Shown here piece after piece: positions 37,733 through 49,970 of a stretch of DNA of 61,150 bases. The notes under the pieces are model-generated. The model worked only from the letters and a program-made list of their open reading frames with translations, did not search any database and was not told the origin of the DNA. The stretch is taken from assembly GCF_006345805.1 (NCBI RefSeq), contig NW_021832403.1, forward strand, positions 1-61,150. The letters run 5' to 3'. Position numbers and translations under genes: made by a program. This DNA comes from Octopus sinensis. Taxonomy: Eukaryota. The stretch's first letter is position 1. Each line of letters begins with the position of its first letter.

Positions 37733-37823
37733 TATGTACACACACGTATATATATTGATGTGTATATAGTGAACAATTACAAGAGAAGGAAATTCCATTA
37801 TCTCCAACAGATGGCGCCACCTA
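37352..37823. repeat. long foldback (about 220-bp arms), TA-flanked
   Basis: taggtggcaccatctgttggagataatg... is mirrored by ...cattatctccaacagatggcgccaccta, including the internal microsatellites. Confidence 0.85.
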
Positions 37824-38040
37824 TATATATATATATACTAGCACTATGACCCAGGAACATCAGGTCATAGTGCTAGTGCATGCATATACAGCTGCATGCG
37901 TGCACACTTACACGCGAGTACTGTCCAAATCGCCGACCAGTCACATACAGCTAGCTGGCATTCAATTGGTGTATCAAGTTTCGGGCATTTGGATTGGGAT
38001 TTAGATAGAAAATTCACAAAAAAGTCACTTCTATTGATAT

Positions 38041-39139
38041 TTTAATGGCTTTGCGGGGTGACTGGGGAAATGTAAAGATGTGCACGACCACCTTTGGACG
38101 GTTTTGAATGACCTTAGAAGGTGCGATCCCTCTAACTGAAAAATTGTGGATTTGTATAAAGGACACACACACATACATTTTGCCGTTTATATATATATTT
38201 AATGGCTTTGAAGGGTGACTGGGGAAATGTAAAGATGTGCACGACCACCCTTGGACGGTTTTGAATGACCATAGAAGGTGCGATCCCTCTAACTGAAAAA
38301 TTGTGGATTTGTATAAAGGACACACACACAGACATTTTGCCGTTTATAGATATATTTAATGGCTTTGAGGGGTGACTGGGGAAATGTAAAGATGTGCACG
38401 ACCACCCTTAGACGGTTTTGCATGACCATAGAAAGTGCGAGCCCTCTAACTGAAAAATTGTGGATTTGTATAAAGAACACACACACAGACATTTTGCCGT
38501 TTATATATATATTTAATGGCTTTGAAGGGTGACTGGGGAAATGTAAAGATGTGCACGACCACCCTTGGACGGTTTTGAATGACCATAGAAGGTGCGATCC
38601 CTCTAACTGAAAAATTGTGGATTTGTATAAAGAACACACACACAGACATTTTGCCGTTTATATATATATTTAATGGCTTTGAAGGGTGACTGGGGAAATG
38701 TAAAGATGTGCACGACCACCCTTGGACGGTTTTGAATGACCATAGAAGGTGCGATCCCTCTAACTGAAAAATTGTGGATTTGTATAAAGAACACACACAC
38801 AGACATTTTGCCGTTTATATATATATTTAATGGCTTTGAAGGGTGACTGGGGAAATGTAAAGATGTGCACGACCACCCTTGGACGGTTTTGAATGACCAT
38901 AGAAGGTGCGATCCCTCTAACTGAAAAATTGTGGATTTGTATAAAGGACACACACACAGACATTTTGCCGTTTATATATATATTTAATGGCTTTGAAGGG
39001 TGACTGGGGAAATGTAAAGATGTGCACGACCACCCTTGGACGGTTTTGAATGACCATAGAAGGTGTGAGCCCTCTAACTGAAAAATTGTGGATTTGTATA
39101 AAGGACACACACACACACAGACATTTTGCCGTTTATATA
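38041..39139. repeat. 157-bp tandem array, 7 units
   Basis: tttaatggcttt recurs at 38041, 38198, 38355, 38512, 38669, 38826 and 38983. Confidence 0.97.
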
Positions 39140-39842
39140 TATATACACATACATATCATTTCTATACAATTATATATATATACAACACATATATATTTTT
39201 ATATACATATATTTCTATAGACACACACACATGTCATTATCAATGACACCACTAATTGATACATTTGACACATTATTAATTAGTATAATAGCAAAGCCTA
39301 GAAAAAACATGAACTACATGGAAAAATGCAAGCAAGAGAAATAATATTCTTAAGATTATAAACCTTGCATTTTTCCCATTCTTCCATGTAGTATATATTA
39401 CTATGGGCTTCTTTCAGTTTCTGTCTACCAAATCCACTTACAAGGCTCTGGTTGGCCCGAGCTTATAGAAGACACTTTCCCAAGGTGCCATGCAGTGGGA
39501 CTGAACCTGGAACCATACTTCTTAGTACACAGCCACCTCTGCTTAAAGCGAAATTTTTATGAAAAGATCAATAAGCTCACAGTTCAATAAAAAGATACTA
39601 ATTCAATAGAAATGCGGAGAGCATTTGATTTTGTTGCTAATATTGATCAGCCAATATCTTATTCACAAGCTGTATCAAGTTTTCTTGTTTTTTTCTGTTT
39701 TTTGCAAACATGTCATTGAGGATTCGATGTCCTGAACTGAGAGGAAACAGCTTGGGGTGAATCTTGCAACGTCAATACACCCGAGGAGCAAGTGTACGTA
39801 CGAAACTACTATGTAGATGTGCATGTATAGCTACGTACAGAA

Positions 39843-40118
39843 ACATCATCATCGTTTAACGTCCACTTTCCATGCTAGCATGGGTTGGACGGTTCGACCG
39901 GGGTCTGGGAAGCCAGAAGGCTGCACCAGGCTCCAATCTGATCTGGCAGTGTTTCTACAGCTGGATGCCCTTCCTAACGCCAACCACTTCGTGAGTGTAG
40001 TGGGTGCTTTTTACGTGCCACCGGCATGGAAGCCAGTCAAGGCAGCGGTGGCATTGGCCACACTCGGATGGTGCATTTTACGTGCCACCGGCACAGGGAT
40101 CACAACTACAATTTCCAT
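39843..40118 (-). mobile_element. family B copy
   Basis: Conserved 3' end. Confidence 0.75.
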
Positions 40119-40998
40119 CCATATATATATATATATTACTACGGGTTTCTTTATATATATATATATATGTATAGAAAGCAAAGTATGATAGGGAGAGGAG
40201 CAAGTGTTTTGTTGAAGAGGTGAATACATGACTCGTCCATCTGTAGGGAAAGAAAGAAAGAAAGAAAGAGAGAGAGGGTGAAAGGGGGAGATGAGAAGTG
40301 ACGGTAGGAGGGGCATATGAAGGAGAAAATAGGGTAGAGGGGCAGAAGAGGTGGATGTGTGATGAGTGAGAATAGTGTGGCAGATGAGGAAGGAGTTGGA
40401 TGCAAAGGATGTCAGTTGAGTCAATGGAAGACCAGTGGTAAATGCCTTCCTTACAAGTAGGGATGGATTCACAACAAAGAGGAACGATCTACCAGGCTGC
40501 CATCTCAGGAATATCGTCTTTAGATTAAAGGGATACCAAAATGGAAACTGCACATCAATGTCCGAGATCTTATGCACGACGGAGAACCCCATGGCAAAAA
40601 ACTCCCTCCGCCTGCATTCCAGGAGATCATTATTTACATCGTGCCCCACTCAGTTCCTGTCACGATCTGCCAGGTCCTGCAAGGGAGAGAGAGCTCCATC
40701 ACCATCGTTTATGGGTAGGAAGGCTTGAGAGAAGCTGTCCAGACCCCAAACTGTCTGTTGTGGCAGGGTTTCCATGGTTGGATGCCCTTCTCAATGCCAA
40801 CCACTTGATTGTGCTGGATGCCTTTTACCTGTCACTGGCACAGGTGTATTTATGCAGCATCGGCACCTGTAAAACGACAAGCCTGTACGTATGGAAGACA
40901 ACGATTTGACTTTGCTTGAGGTATCTTTTCAAGTACAGCAAATTGTCACAACTCCCACTGCTTTGTCATTTCCTCTCCATCGGTAAGAAACCCAGATA

Positions 40999-41236
40999 AT
41001 CATCATCATCATCATCATTTAGCGTCCGCTTTCCATGCTAGCATGGGTTGGACGGTTCAACTGGGGTCTGGGAAGCCAGAAGGCTGCATCAGGCCCAGTC
41101 TGATATGGCAGTGTTTCTACGGCTGGAGGCCCTTCCTAACGCCAACCACTCCGTGAGTGTAGTGGGTGCTTTTATGTGCCACCGACACAGGTGCCACTTA
41201 AAAAGCACCCACTACACTCACGGAGTGGTTGGCGTT
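40999..41236 (-). mobile_element. family B copy
   Basis: Conserved 3' end. Confidence 0.75.
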
Positions 41237-41258
41237 AACATCTCAAAAAATCACAGAT

Positions 41259-41418
41259 AGGTGCAGGAGTGGCATGTGGTAAGTAGTTTGCTAACCAACC
41301 ACATAGTTCCGGGGTCAGTCCCACTGCGTGGCACCTTGGGCAAGTGTCTTCTACTATAGACTCGGGCCGACCAAAGCCTTGAGTGGATTTGGTAGACGGA
41401 AACTGAAAGAAGCCCATC

Positions 41419-41487
<69 letters not shown>

Positions 41488-41696
41488 TATGTGTGTGTGT
41501 GTGTGTTTGTCTCCCTAGCATTGCTTGACAACCGATGCTGGTGTGTTTACATCCCCGTCACTTAGCGGTTCGGCAAAAGAGACCGATAGAATAAGTACTG
41601 GTCTTACAAAAGAATAAGTCCCGGGGTCGATTTGCTCGACTAAAAGGCGGTGCTCCAGCATGGCCACAGTCAAATGACTGAAAAGAGTAAAAGAGT
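41259..41696 (+). mobile_element. SINE family A copy
   Basis: Full length. Confidence 0.9.
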
Positions 41697-42121
41697 ATAT
41701 GCAAGTCAGTGTCAACTATGGAGAGAGAAATCTCTTCTATGCAAAGCAGTCGTCGGTGTTTTGCTGAAAGCAAATTCACCGATTAAACTATGGAATGAAA
41801 TGAAAGACACAAAACATTATTTGTGAGACAATCAATTGATTAAACTTTGGAGTGGAATCCAAGATAAAATCTATGAGAGACAGAATTATAAATGATTTGT
41901 AAGATAAACTGATTGATAAATAGTTTTAATTAAGTGTCATCACATGAACACACAAAGCCCTGATTTGTTTCAGTTTGTGCATCATGGCCATGCTGGGGCA
42001 CTATTGCTGAAGGGCCTTAACAGATCAATCACAGTAGCTTTTATTTTTTTATCTTTTACTTGTTTCAGTCATTTGACTGTGGCCATGCTGGGGCACCACC
42101 TGGAAGAATTTTTAGTTGAAT

Positions 42122-42550
42122 AGGCGCAGGAGTGGCCGTGTGGTAAGTAGCTTGTTTACCAACCACATGGTTCTGGGTTCAGTCCCACTGTGTGACACCT
42201 TGGGCAAGTGTCTTCTGCTATAGCCCTGGGCCGACCAAAGCCTTGTGAGTGGATTTGGTAGACGGAAACTGAAAGAAGCCTGTCGTATATATGTATATAT
42301 ATATATGTATATATATGTATGTGTGTGTATGTTTGTGTGTCTGTGTTTGTCCCCTAGCATTGCTTGACAACCGATGCTGGTGTGTTTACGTCCCCGTCAC
42401 TTAGCGGTTTGGCAAAAGAGACCGATAGAATAAGTACTGGGCTTACAAAAAGAATAAGTCCCGGGGTCGATTTGCTCGACTAAAGGCGGTGCTCCAGCAT
42501 GGCCGCAGTCAAATGACTGAAACAAGTAAAAGAGTAAAGAGTAAGAGAGT
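42122..42550 (+). mobile_element. SINE family A copy
   Basis: Full length. Confidence 0.9.
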
Positions 42551-42713
42551 ATCCCCAGTACTTATTTCCTTTTTTAAAGCCTGGTACTTATTCTATCGGT
42601 CACTTTTTGTTAAACAGTTAGGTTCTAAGGATGTAAACACACCAACACTGGTTGTCAAGCAGTGGTGAGAGACAAACACAGTCACACATACATAACACAC
42701 ACACACATATATT

Positions 42714-42953
42714 CCCAGACCGGGCGTTGTGAGTGTTTATTGAGCGAAAACACCTAAAGCTTCATGAGGCTCCAGCAGGGGCTGGTGGTGATCCCTGCTG
42801 TACCCTTTCGCCACAACTTTCTGTCACTCTTCTCTCTTCTGTTGGCCTGCTCGCTTAGCCAGCAGGGTGGCGTCATTTGAAGGCTAAAACAATGCAAAGT
42901 GCATTGTGACCAGCGATGTGTAGCAACATCTGATAGCCTGGTCGGTCACGGTG
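42714..42953 (+). mobile_element. SINE family C tail-1, 5' truncated
   Basis: Starts at attcccagaccgggcg. Confidence 0.8.
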
Positions 42954-42974
42954 ATATATATATATATATATAGG

Positions 42975-43335
42975 CACATGGCTGAATGGTTAGATCGTCA
43001 AGCACATGGCTGAATGGTTACACTGTGAGGCTTACAATTGTGAGTTCAATTCCTGGGCCGGGTTGCGTGTTGTGTTCTTGAGCAAGACACTTTATTTCAC
43101 TTTGCTCCAGTTCACTCCAATGTAGAAATGAGTTGTGGCGTCTCTGGTGCCAAGCTGTATCAACCTTTGCCTTTCCCTTGGATAACATCAGAGGCGTGGA
43201 GAGGGGAGGCTGGTATGCATGGGCGACTGCTGGTCTTCCATAAACAACTTGCTTGGACTTGTGCCTTGGAGGGAAACTTTCTAGGTGCAATGCCATGGTC
43301 ATTCGGGACCAAAGGAAATCTTTACTTTTTTACCT
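42975..43335 (+). mobile_element. older tRNA-headed SINE with gtgttcttgagcaagacac core
   Basis: A/B-box-like head. Related cores at about 1800, 14460 and 33615. Confidence 0.55.
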
Positions 43336-43448
43336 TTAATAAATATATATATATACACATATATATATATACATAGATACATATATATAACATACATATA
43401 AACATACATATATATATATACATATATATATATATAAACATATATATA

Positions 43449-43490
<42 letters not shown>

Positions 43491-43491
<1 letters not shown>

Positions 43492-43874
43492 TAGCAGTAT
43501 CGCCCGGCATTGCTCGGGTTTGTAAGGGAAATAACTATATAAGCATTTTTAGAGATGTAAAGTATAATAGCCATCTCAATATGGCTAACCACAAAGGGGT
43601 GGGGTGTTACTGTAGCATTTTACGTTCTGAGATTTAATAATAAATTTTTAGAGAGTTACTTCCCTTAAATAATAGCGAAAAAATGCATTAAAATGGGAAA
43701 AAATGATGGTAAATTATTTTTAAAATCGTAGACTCATCGTAGACGCGCACTAATACCCAGAAGGGCTCGATATGAATCACGAGTTGGTTAAACTGCACCG
43801 CAAAATGTGGGAGTAGTTAGGAATCTAAATCGTAGGAGACAGACATCACACAACCTCTCTTTTATATATAAAGA
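43491..43874 (-). mobile_element. Helitron-like H1 copy
   Basis: TC/CTAG termini. Confidence 0.78.
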
Positions 43875-43886
43875 TATATATATATA

Positions 43887-44054
43887 TATAAAATATTATT
43901 AGAGACAAAACCACTATTTTGCAAAACAAACAAGGAAAGACTTAATCAATACATAAAATTTTAATTTGACTATTTATTAAAATTTTATGTATTGATTAAG
44001 TCTTTCCTTGTTTGTTTTGCAAAATAGTGGTTTTGTCTCTAATAATATTTTATA
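43887..44054. repeat. perfect inverted repeat, 79-bp arms, 10-nt loop
   Basis: 43887-43965 is the exact reverse complement of 43976-44054. Confidence 0.95.
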
Positions 44055-44133
44055 ATATTTTACTATAAAATTTGATTTAATCCTAAATCTGATTTTTTTC
44101 TCTGTAAATTTGGATTTATTCCTTAATATTTAT

Positions 44134-44173
<40 letters not shown>

Positions 44174-44727
44174 CCTATAATGAAAGATGTCTCACCTGGG
44201 CCATCTCATTAGTATTTAGGACTATATTATTCAAGGTGTCCTTTCTTATTTAAAACAATAGAATGTGAATTAAGAAAGAAAGATTTAGCTGTTATTTCTA
44301 GCATGTTCAACAGCCACATGGCTTCAGAAGTGAGACAATTGCAAAACTACAGAACAGTTTATTTCCAAATATGGCATTCATCACTGTAGCAGGTCAAAGG
44401 TCACAGATATGAGAGAGATATTTGTGTGACTATGAATCGTTGATAACTAATTAAACTGTCAACAACTAATTAACTTTTTATATCTAATGGAAGGTGGTGT
44501 GGTGGGAGGTGGTCGTTGTCTATAGCCTGAGTGTGAGACAAGGGAGGGGTGGGTGACTTGGTCAGAACAAATATTACAAAGGACTTTGGTTAGGAAGAAA
44601 ACTTGTTTTTGACCCTTATTTTTTCTTCTCATTAATGCATACGACATGCATTCCAGAAGTTTTGAGACTTATTTTGCATTAAACTTGGGAAGTCGGCTAA
44701 AGGGACATTGAGCTTACAATGGGTCAT

Positions 44728-45108
44728 GAGGCGCAATGACCCAGTGGTTAGGGCAGCAGATTCGCGGTCATAGGATCGCGGTTTCGATTCCCAGGCCGGG
44801 CGTTGTGAGTGTTTATTGAGCGAAAACACCTAAAGCTCCACGAGGCTCCGGCAGGGGATGGTGGTGATCCCTGCTGTACTCTTTCACCACAACTTTCTCT
44901 CACTCTTTCTTCCTGTTTCTGTTGTACCTGTATTTCAAAGGGCCGGCCTTGTCACTCTCTGTGTCACGCTGAATATCCCCGAGAACTACGTTAAGGGTGC
45001 ACGTGTCTGTGGAGTGCTCAGCCACTTACACGTTAATTTCACGAGCAGGCTGTTCTGTTGATTCGGATCAACCGGAACCCTCGTCGTCGTTACCGACGAA
45101 GTGCTTCC
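44728..45108 (+). mobile_element. SINE family C, tail-2 type
   Basis: As the 27705 copy. Confidence 0.85.
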
Positions 45109-45109
45109 C

Positions 45110-46560
45110 CACAATGGGTCGTGTGCAATGTCTCAAGTGGCACAGGCACTTCAAAAGGGGGCAGAATGTCCCTGGAAGATCTGCTGTGAGTGTCATCCCT
45201 GGATATGTGGTATCATGCATTGAGAATTCAACCCCTCCCACTCGGGGCCCAGACCATCAATCAAGAATTATACTGCGACATTTCAAAGCTCTCCTCACAA
45301 TGCACCCTGTCACCAAGCTCTCCTCACAATGCACCCCGTCACCAAGCTCTCCTCACAATGCACCCCGTCACCAAGCTCTCCTCACAATGCACCCTGTCAC
45401 CACAAACATGGTATTTATTCCCCACCCACCCTATTTACCAGATTTAACACCTGCAAACTTCCATCTCTTCTCCAAGATGAAAATCCAGCTCAAAGATTCT
45501 CATTTTAATCAGGGCTGTGGAGTCAGAGTCTTGGAGTCGGTAAAATGGGCCCCAATCACTTAATTACTTGGAGGAGTTTGAGGTGTCAATAGTCGAGGAG
45601 TTGGACTAGAATCTTTGGGGTTCAACTCCTGGTTTTAACCCTGCTGTCAAGATCCAGAATGAGTCACAGAAGGGTCTTGACTTGCTTACAGAAAAAGATT
45701 TCCCAGACAGATTCCAAAAGTGGCAGGTATACAGGGAAAGGTGTATTGCTGTGCAAGGAGATTTGTTATTTATTAAGGCCCCATGGAAGTCTTTGAAAGA
45801 GGTGTCCAGGGCCCTTGTCACAGACTCTTTCATTTTCTCCTTCAGTTTGGAGAACAACCAAAAACCACAGGGAGAAAGCACTGGAGTGTAGGGAGGGTGC
45901 GGGACGGTTTTGAGACCCATCTCTGTTGAGTATTTGGTTACCTGGTGCAGGTGCTCTGCCCTTTTGTTATGAAATCTTTTCTTGAACTTCCTCAAAACCC
46001 CCACAACGTACTTTATGTTGACCACTATTTTGAAGGGGATTTGTTACAGTTGACAAATCTGCAGAATGCATTTGGGATGTGAAGACAATGAAGTGCTCCA
46101 GACTGGTCATGGATTAATTTGTATGAGCTGAGTATCTGTTTTTTCAGTGGCACAAGGGGCCAGACAAAGCAAGTCCAGCAGAAAGCTCACGATGACCCCT
46201 TTTCTTTACAACAGCAAGAGCACCATCTACATCCACTGGGTTCCTTCTGGTGGTCAACATAGAGCACGTTGTGGGGGTTTTGAGGAAGTTCAAAAAAAGA
46301 TTTCATTACAAAAGGGTAGAGCACCTGCACCAGGTAACCAAATACCTGACAGAGATGGGTCTCAAAACCGTCCCGCACCCTCCCTACACTCCAGTGCTTT
46401 CTCCCTGTGATTTTTGGTTGTTCTCCAAACTGAAGGAGAAAACGAAAGAGTCTGTGACAAGGGCCCTGGACACCTTCTCTTTCAAAGACTTCCATGGGGC
46501 CTTCATAAAGTGGCAGGAACACTGCAACAAATACATCAAAGTCAGAGGATCCTATCGAAT
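45110..46560. mobile_element. cluster of mariner transposase remnants in both orientations
   Basis: Three HPPY(S/L/T)P(D/V)L.P..F.LF motifs, a TINQELYCDI motif, and C-terminal DF...FQKW...CI..QGD. Confidence 0.8.
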
Positions 46561-46689
46561 TTACTTGCAAGACACTGGTCAATCTGGGGCTATAGATAGA
46601 ACACACTTGCCCAAGGTGTCCTACAATGGGACTGAAACTGGAACCATGTGGTTGGGAAGCAAACGTCTTAGCATATAACCACATATGTG

Positions 46690-46800
46690 GAAGGGGTAGA
46701 CCCAGGAAGACGTGGGACGAAGTGAAGCACATTCTTCACAAGTCGGGCCTCACAGAGACAATGACAAGAGACTGAGACCTTTGGCATTATGCCATGTTTG
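46690..46800 (+). mobile_element. RTE 3' end fragment
   Basis: GRGRPRKTWDEV...GLTETMTRD..LW..A.FEKT; similar to the end of the 25240 copy. Confidence 0.65.
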
Positions 46801-46988
46801 AGAAGACCCTTTTCAGCGATGTGAAATCGTAGTCATGACCAATGCTGGTGTCACATAACTGGCACCCATGCCAGTGGAATGCAAAGAGCACTATCTGAAC
46901 ATTGGACCTCACAGAGGTCTTGTCTTAGACCTTAAAAATGTACAAGGGGACAACTTTCCAGATCCATTTTGTATATATCTATATATAT

Positions 46989-47875
46989 AAGGGACGTGAT
47001 GCCTAGGTAGGCAAGGTAAGCAGCGCCTATCTTGAATAAAATAGATCGCTAGTAACATTTTCCTTTTATGGTAAAATATGCATCTAATTCAATAAAATTT
47101 ATGAAGGTTACTCTGATTACTATGCATAAAATGCAAAATATTTTATTGTTTTGTAGATCATCATCATCATCATCGTTAACGTCCGCTTTCCATGCTAGCA
47201 TGGGTTGGATGGTTCAACTGGGGTCTGGGAAGCCAGGAGGCTGCACCAGGCTCCAGTCTGATCTGGCAGTGTTTCTACGGCTGGATGCCCTTCCTAACAC
47301 CAACCATTCTGTGAATGTAGTGGGTGCTTTTCCCGTGCTGCTGGCACAGGTGCCAGACGAGGCTGGAAACGGCCACGATTGGATGGTGCTTTTTACGTGC
47401 AACCGGCACAGAGGCCAGGCAAGGCTGGAAACAGCCACGATTGGATGGTGCGTTTTACGTGCCACCGGCACAGAGGCCAGGCAAGGCTGGAAACGGCCAC
47501 GATTGGATGGTGCGTTTTACGTGCCACTGGCACGAAGGCCAGTCTGGGCAGCGCTGGCAATGGCCACATTTGAACGGTTCTCTTACGTGCCACCGGCACT
47601 GGTATCACAGCTACAATTTCCATTGATGTTGATCAATTTTGATAAGGTAGGCATAATTCATCCCTGCTTTTCAATCTCAGTATTGAAGCTATGCATATTA
47701 CTGCTGCAGTACACATGCTGTGTACACTCATACAACAGTTGTCTTTATGTGTTATAAAGGCAGAAGTAGATCTGCTTTCAACTCAGTTGCACGCCTATGT
47801 TTCGCTAATTTCTTTGTGCTTTACTACATAAACATCACCAACTGCCTACCCTGAGTATTTACTGACAACACGTAC

Positions 47876-47879
<4 letters not shown>
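46989..47879. mobile_element. possible hAT-like MITE interrupted by a family B copy
   Basis: Ends aagggacgtg / cacgtacctg with subterminal ggtaggca motifs at both sides. Confidence 0.35.
47157..47645 (-). mobile_element. family B copy with internal 62-63 bp repeats
   Basis: Conserved 3' end plus VNTR. Confidence 0.78.
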
Positions 47880-47920
<41 letters not shown>

Positions 47921-48060
47921 CGGAAATGTACTCGCATAGCAAGTGACTTGATCTGAGATCATGTGTTTATAAGCCATTTAAGAAACACACAAAACCATTA
48001 GATTCACTTCAACACTTAAATTTAATTTTGTTAAATATATATATATGTGTGTGTGTGTGT

Positions 48061-48364
48061 GTGGAGGTGCAATGGCCCAGTGGTTAGGGCAGCAGACTCA
48101 CGGTCAGAGAATCGCGGTTTCGATTCCCAGACCGGGCGTTGTGTGTGTTTATTGAGCGAAAACACCTAAAGCTTCACGAGGCTCCGGCATGGGGTGGTGG
48201 CAATCCCTGCTGTACTCTTTCGCCACAACTTTCTCTCACTCTTTCTTCTGTTGGCCTGCTCGCTTAGCCAGCGGGGTGGCGTCATTCGAAGGCTAAAACA
48301 ATCCAAAGTGTATTGTGACCAGCGATGTGTAGCAACATCTGATAGCCTGGTCGGTCACGTGATC
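48061..48364 (+). mobile_element. SINE family C, tail-1 type
   Basis: As the 4671 copy. Confidence 0.85.
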
Positions 48365-48556
48365 ATGTCATATATATATATAGGTGCAGGAGTGGCTGTG
48401 TGGTAAGTAGCTTGCTAACCAACCACATGGTTCTGGGTTCAGTCCCACTGCGTGGCATCTCGGGCAAGTGTCTTCTGCTATAGCCTCGGGCCGACCAATG
48501 CCTTGTGAGTGGATTTGGTAGACGGAAACTGAAAGAAGCCCGTCGTATATATGTAT

Positions 48557-48603
<47 letters not shown>

Positions 48604-48912
48604 GTGTATATTCTTCCCTTGTTAACAATTAACAGGAAAAAATAGATAGATAGTTTCCAGGGTAGCAAAAAATCACACAAGTAAAAAGGTTGTAACTCCT
48701 TGTTTTTAAAGGTAGAAACTTCGGGTTTACGTGAAATTTTTTTGTATAATATATATATAAATAAATAAATGGATTGTCCCATGCTGATAGGAGTGTGTGG
48801 ATAGTGTTGCAATAATGAGTGTCTTGTCCTAAATTCAGGAAATAACAAAATCTCTACGTTTAGAAAGAGAGAAATGAAACTCCCATTGTCTATTATGAAA
48901 GATGAACAAAAA

Positions 48913-49314
48913 TCTTCATATATAAAAGAGAGGTTGTGTGAGTGTCTGTCTCCTCCGATTTAGATTCCAAACACTCCCACATTTTGCGGTGCAGTTTAAC
49001 CAAAACCGGGTATCTTATAGTCATGATTCATATCGAGCCCTTCTGGGTATTAGCGTGCGTCTACGATGAGTCTACGATTAAAAAAAAATTTACCATCAAT
49101 TTTTCCCATTTTTAATGCATTTTTTTTTGCTATTATATAAGGGAAGTAACTCTCTAAAAATGTATTATTAAATCTCAGAACGTAAAAAGTTACAGTAACA
49201 CCCTCCCCCTTTGTAGTTAGCCATATTGAGATGGCTATTATACTTTACATCTCTAAAAATGCTTATATAGTTATTTCCCTTACAAACCCGAGCAACACCG
49301 GGCGATACTGCTAG
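48913..49314 (+). mobile_element. Helitron-like H1 copy between two 155-bp direct repeats
   Basis: TC at 48913, CTAG at 49311-14. Repeats at 48758-48912 and 49315-49469. Confidence 0.8.
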
Positions 49315-49576
49315 TAAATAAATAAATGGATTGTCCCATGCTGATAGGAGTATGTGGACAGCGTTGCAATAATGAGTGTCTTGTCCTAAATTCTGGAAAT
49401 AACAAAATCTCTACGTTTAGAAAGAGAGAAATGAAACTCCTTTTGTCTATTAGGAAAGATGAACAAAAATTGTTTATAAACCACAGTGAATCCATTCTCA
49501 GTTGAAAGTGTTTCTTGTAAATTCAATCCAAGGCAACTTCCTATTTTGAAGTGGACAATGGAAATAGTTTCTTCAT

Positions 49577-49970
49577 AGGTGTGGCTGTGTGGTAAGAAGC
49601 TTGCTTCCCAACCACGTGGTTCCGGGTTCAATCCCACTGCGTGGCACCTTGGGTAAGTGTCTTCTGCCATAGCCTCAGACCGACCAAAGCCTTGTGAGTG
49701 GATTTGGCAGACGGAAACTGGAAGAAGCCCGTCATATATACATGTTTGTATGTATGTATTTGTGTATCTGTGTTTATTCCCTCCACCAAGGCTTGACAAC
49801 CGATTTTGGTGTGCTTACATCCCCGTAACTTAGCGGTCCAACAAAAGTGACCGATAGACTAAGTACTAAGCTTACAAAGAATAAGCCCTGGGGTCGATTT
49901 GTTTGACTAAAGGCAGTGCTCCAGCATGGTCGCAGTCAAAAGACTGAAACAAGTACAGGAATAAAATAGA
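49577..49970 (+). mobile_element. SINE family A copy, diverged
   Basis: Head, core and tail recognisable. Confidence 0.82.

Noticed and set aside
38014-39116. Repeated 103-118 aa ORFs and a regular array (CRISPR-like or repeat protein?)
   Set aside because: The 157-bp units are near-identical end to end with no variable spacers and no cas genes. The period is not a multiple of 3, so no continuous protein is encoded.
47068-47757. Long ORFs over family B copies (also 18757-19312, 20973-21467, 59515-60122)
   Set aside because: They arise from GC-rich internal tandem repeats, are open in several frames on both strands, and are not conserved between copies.
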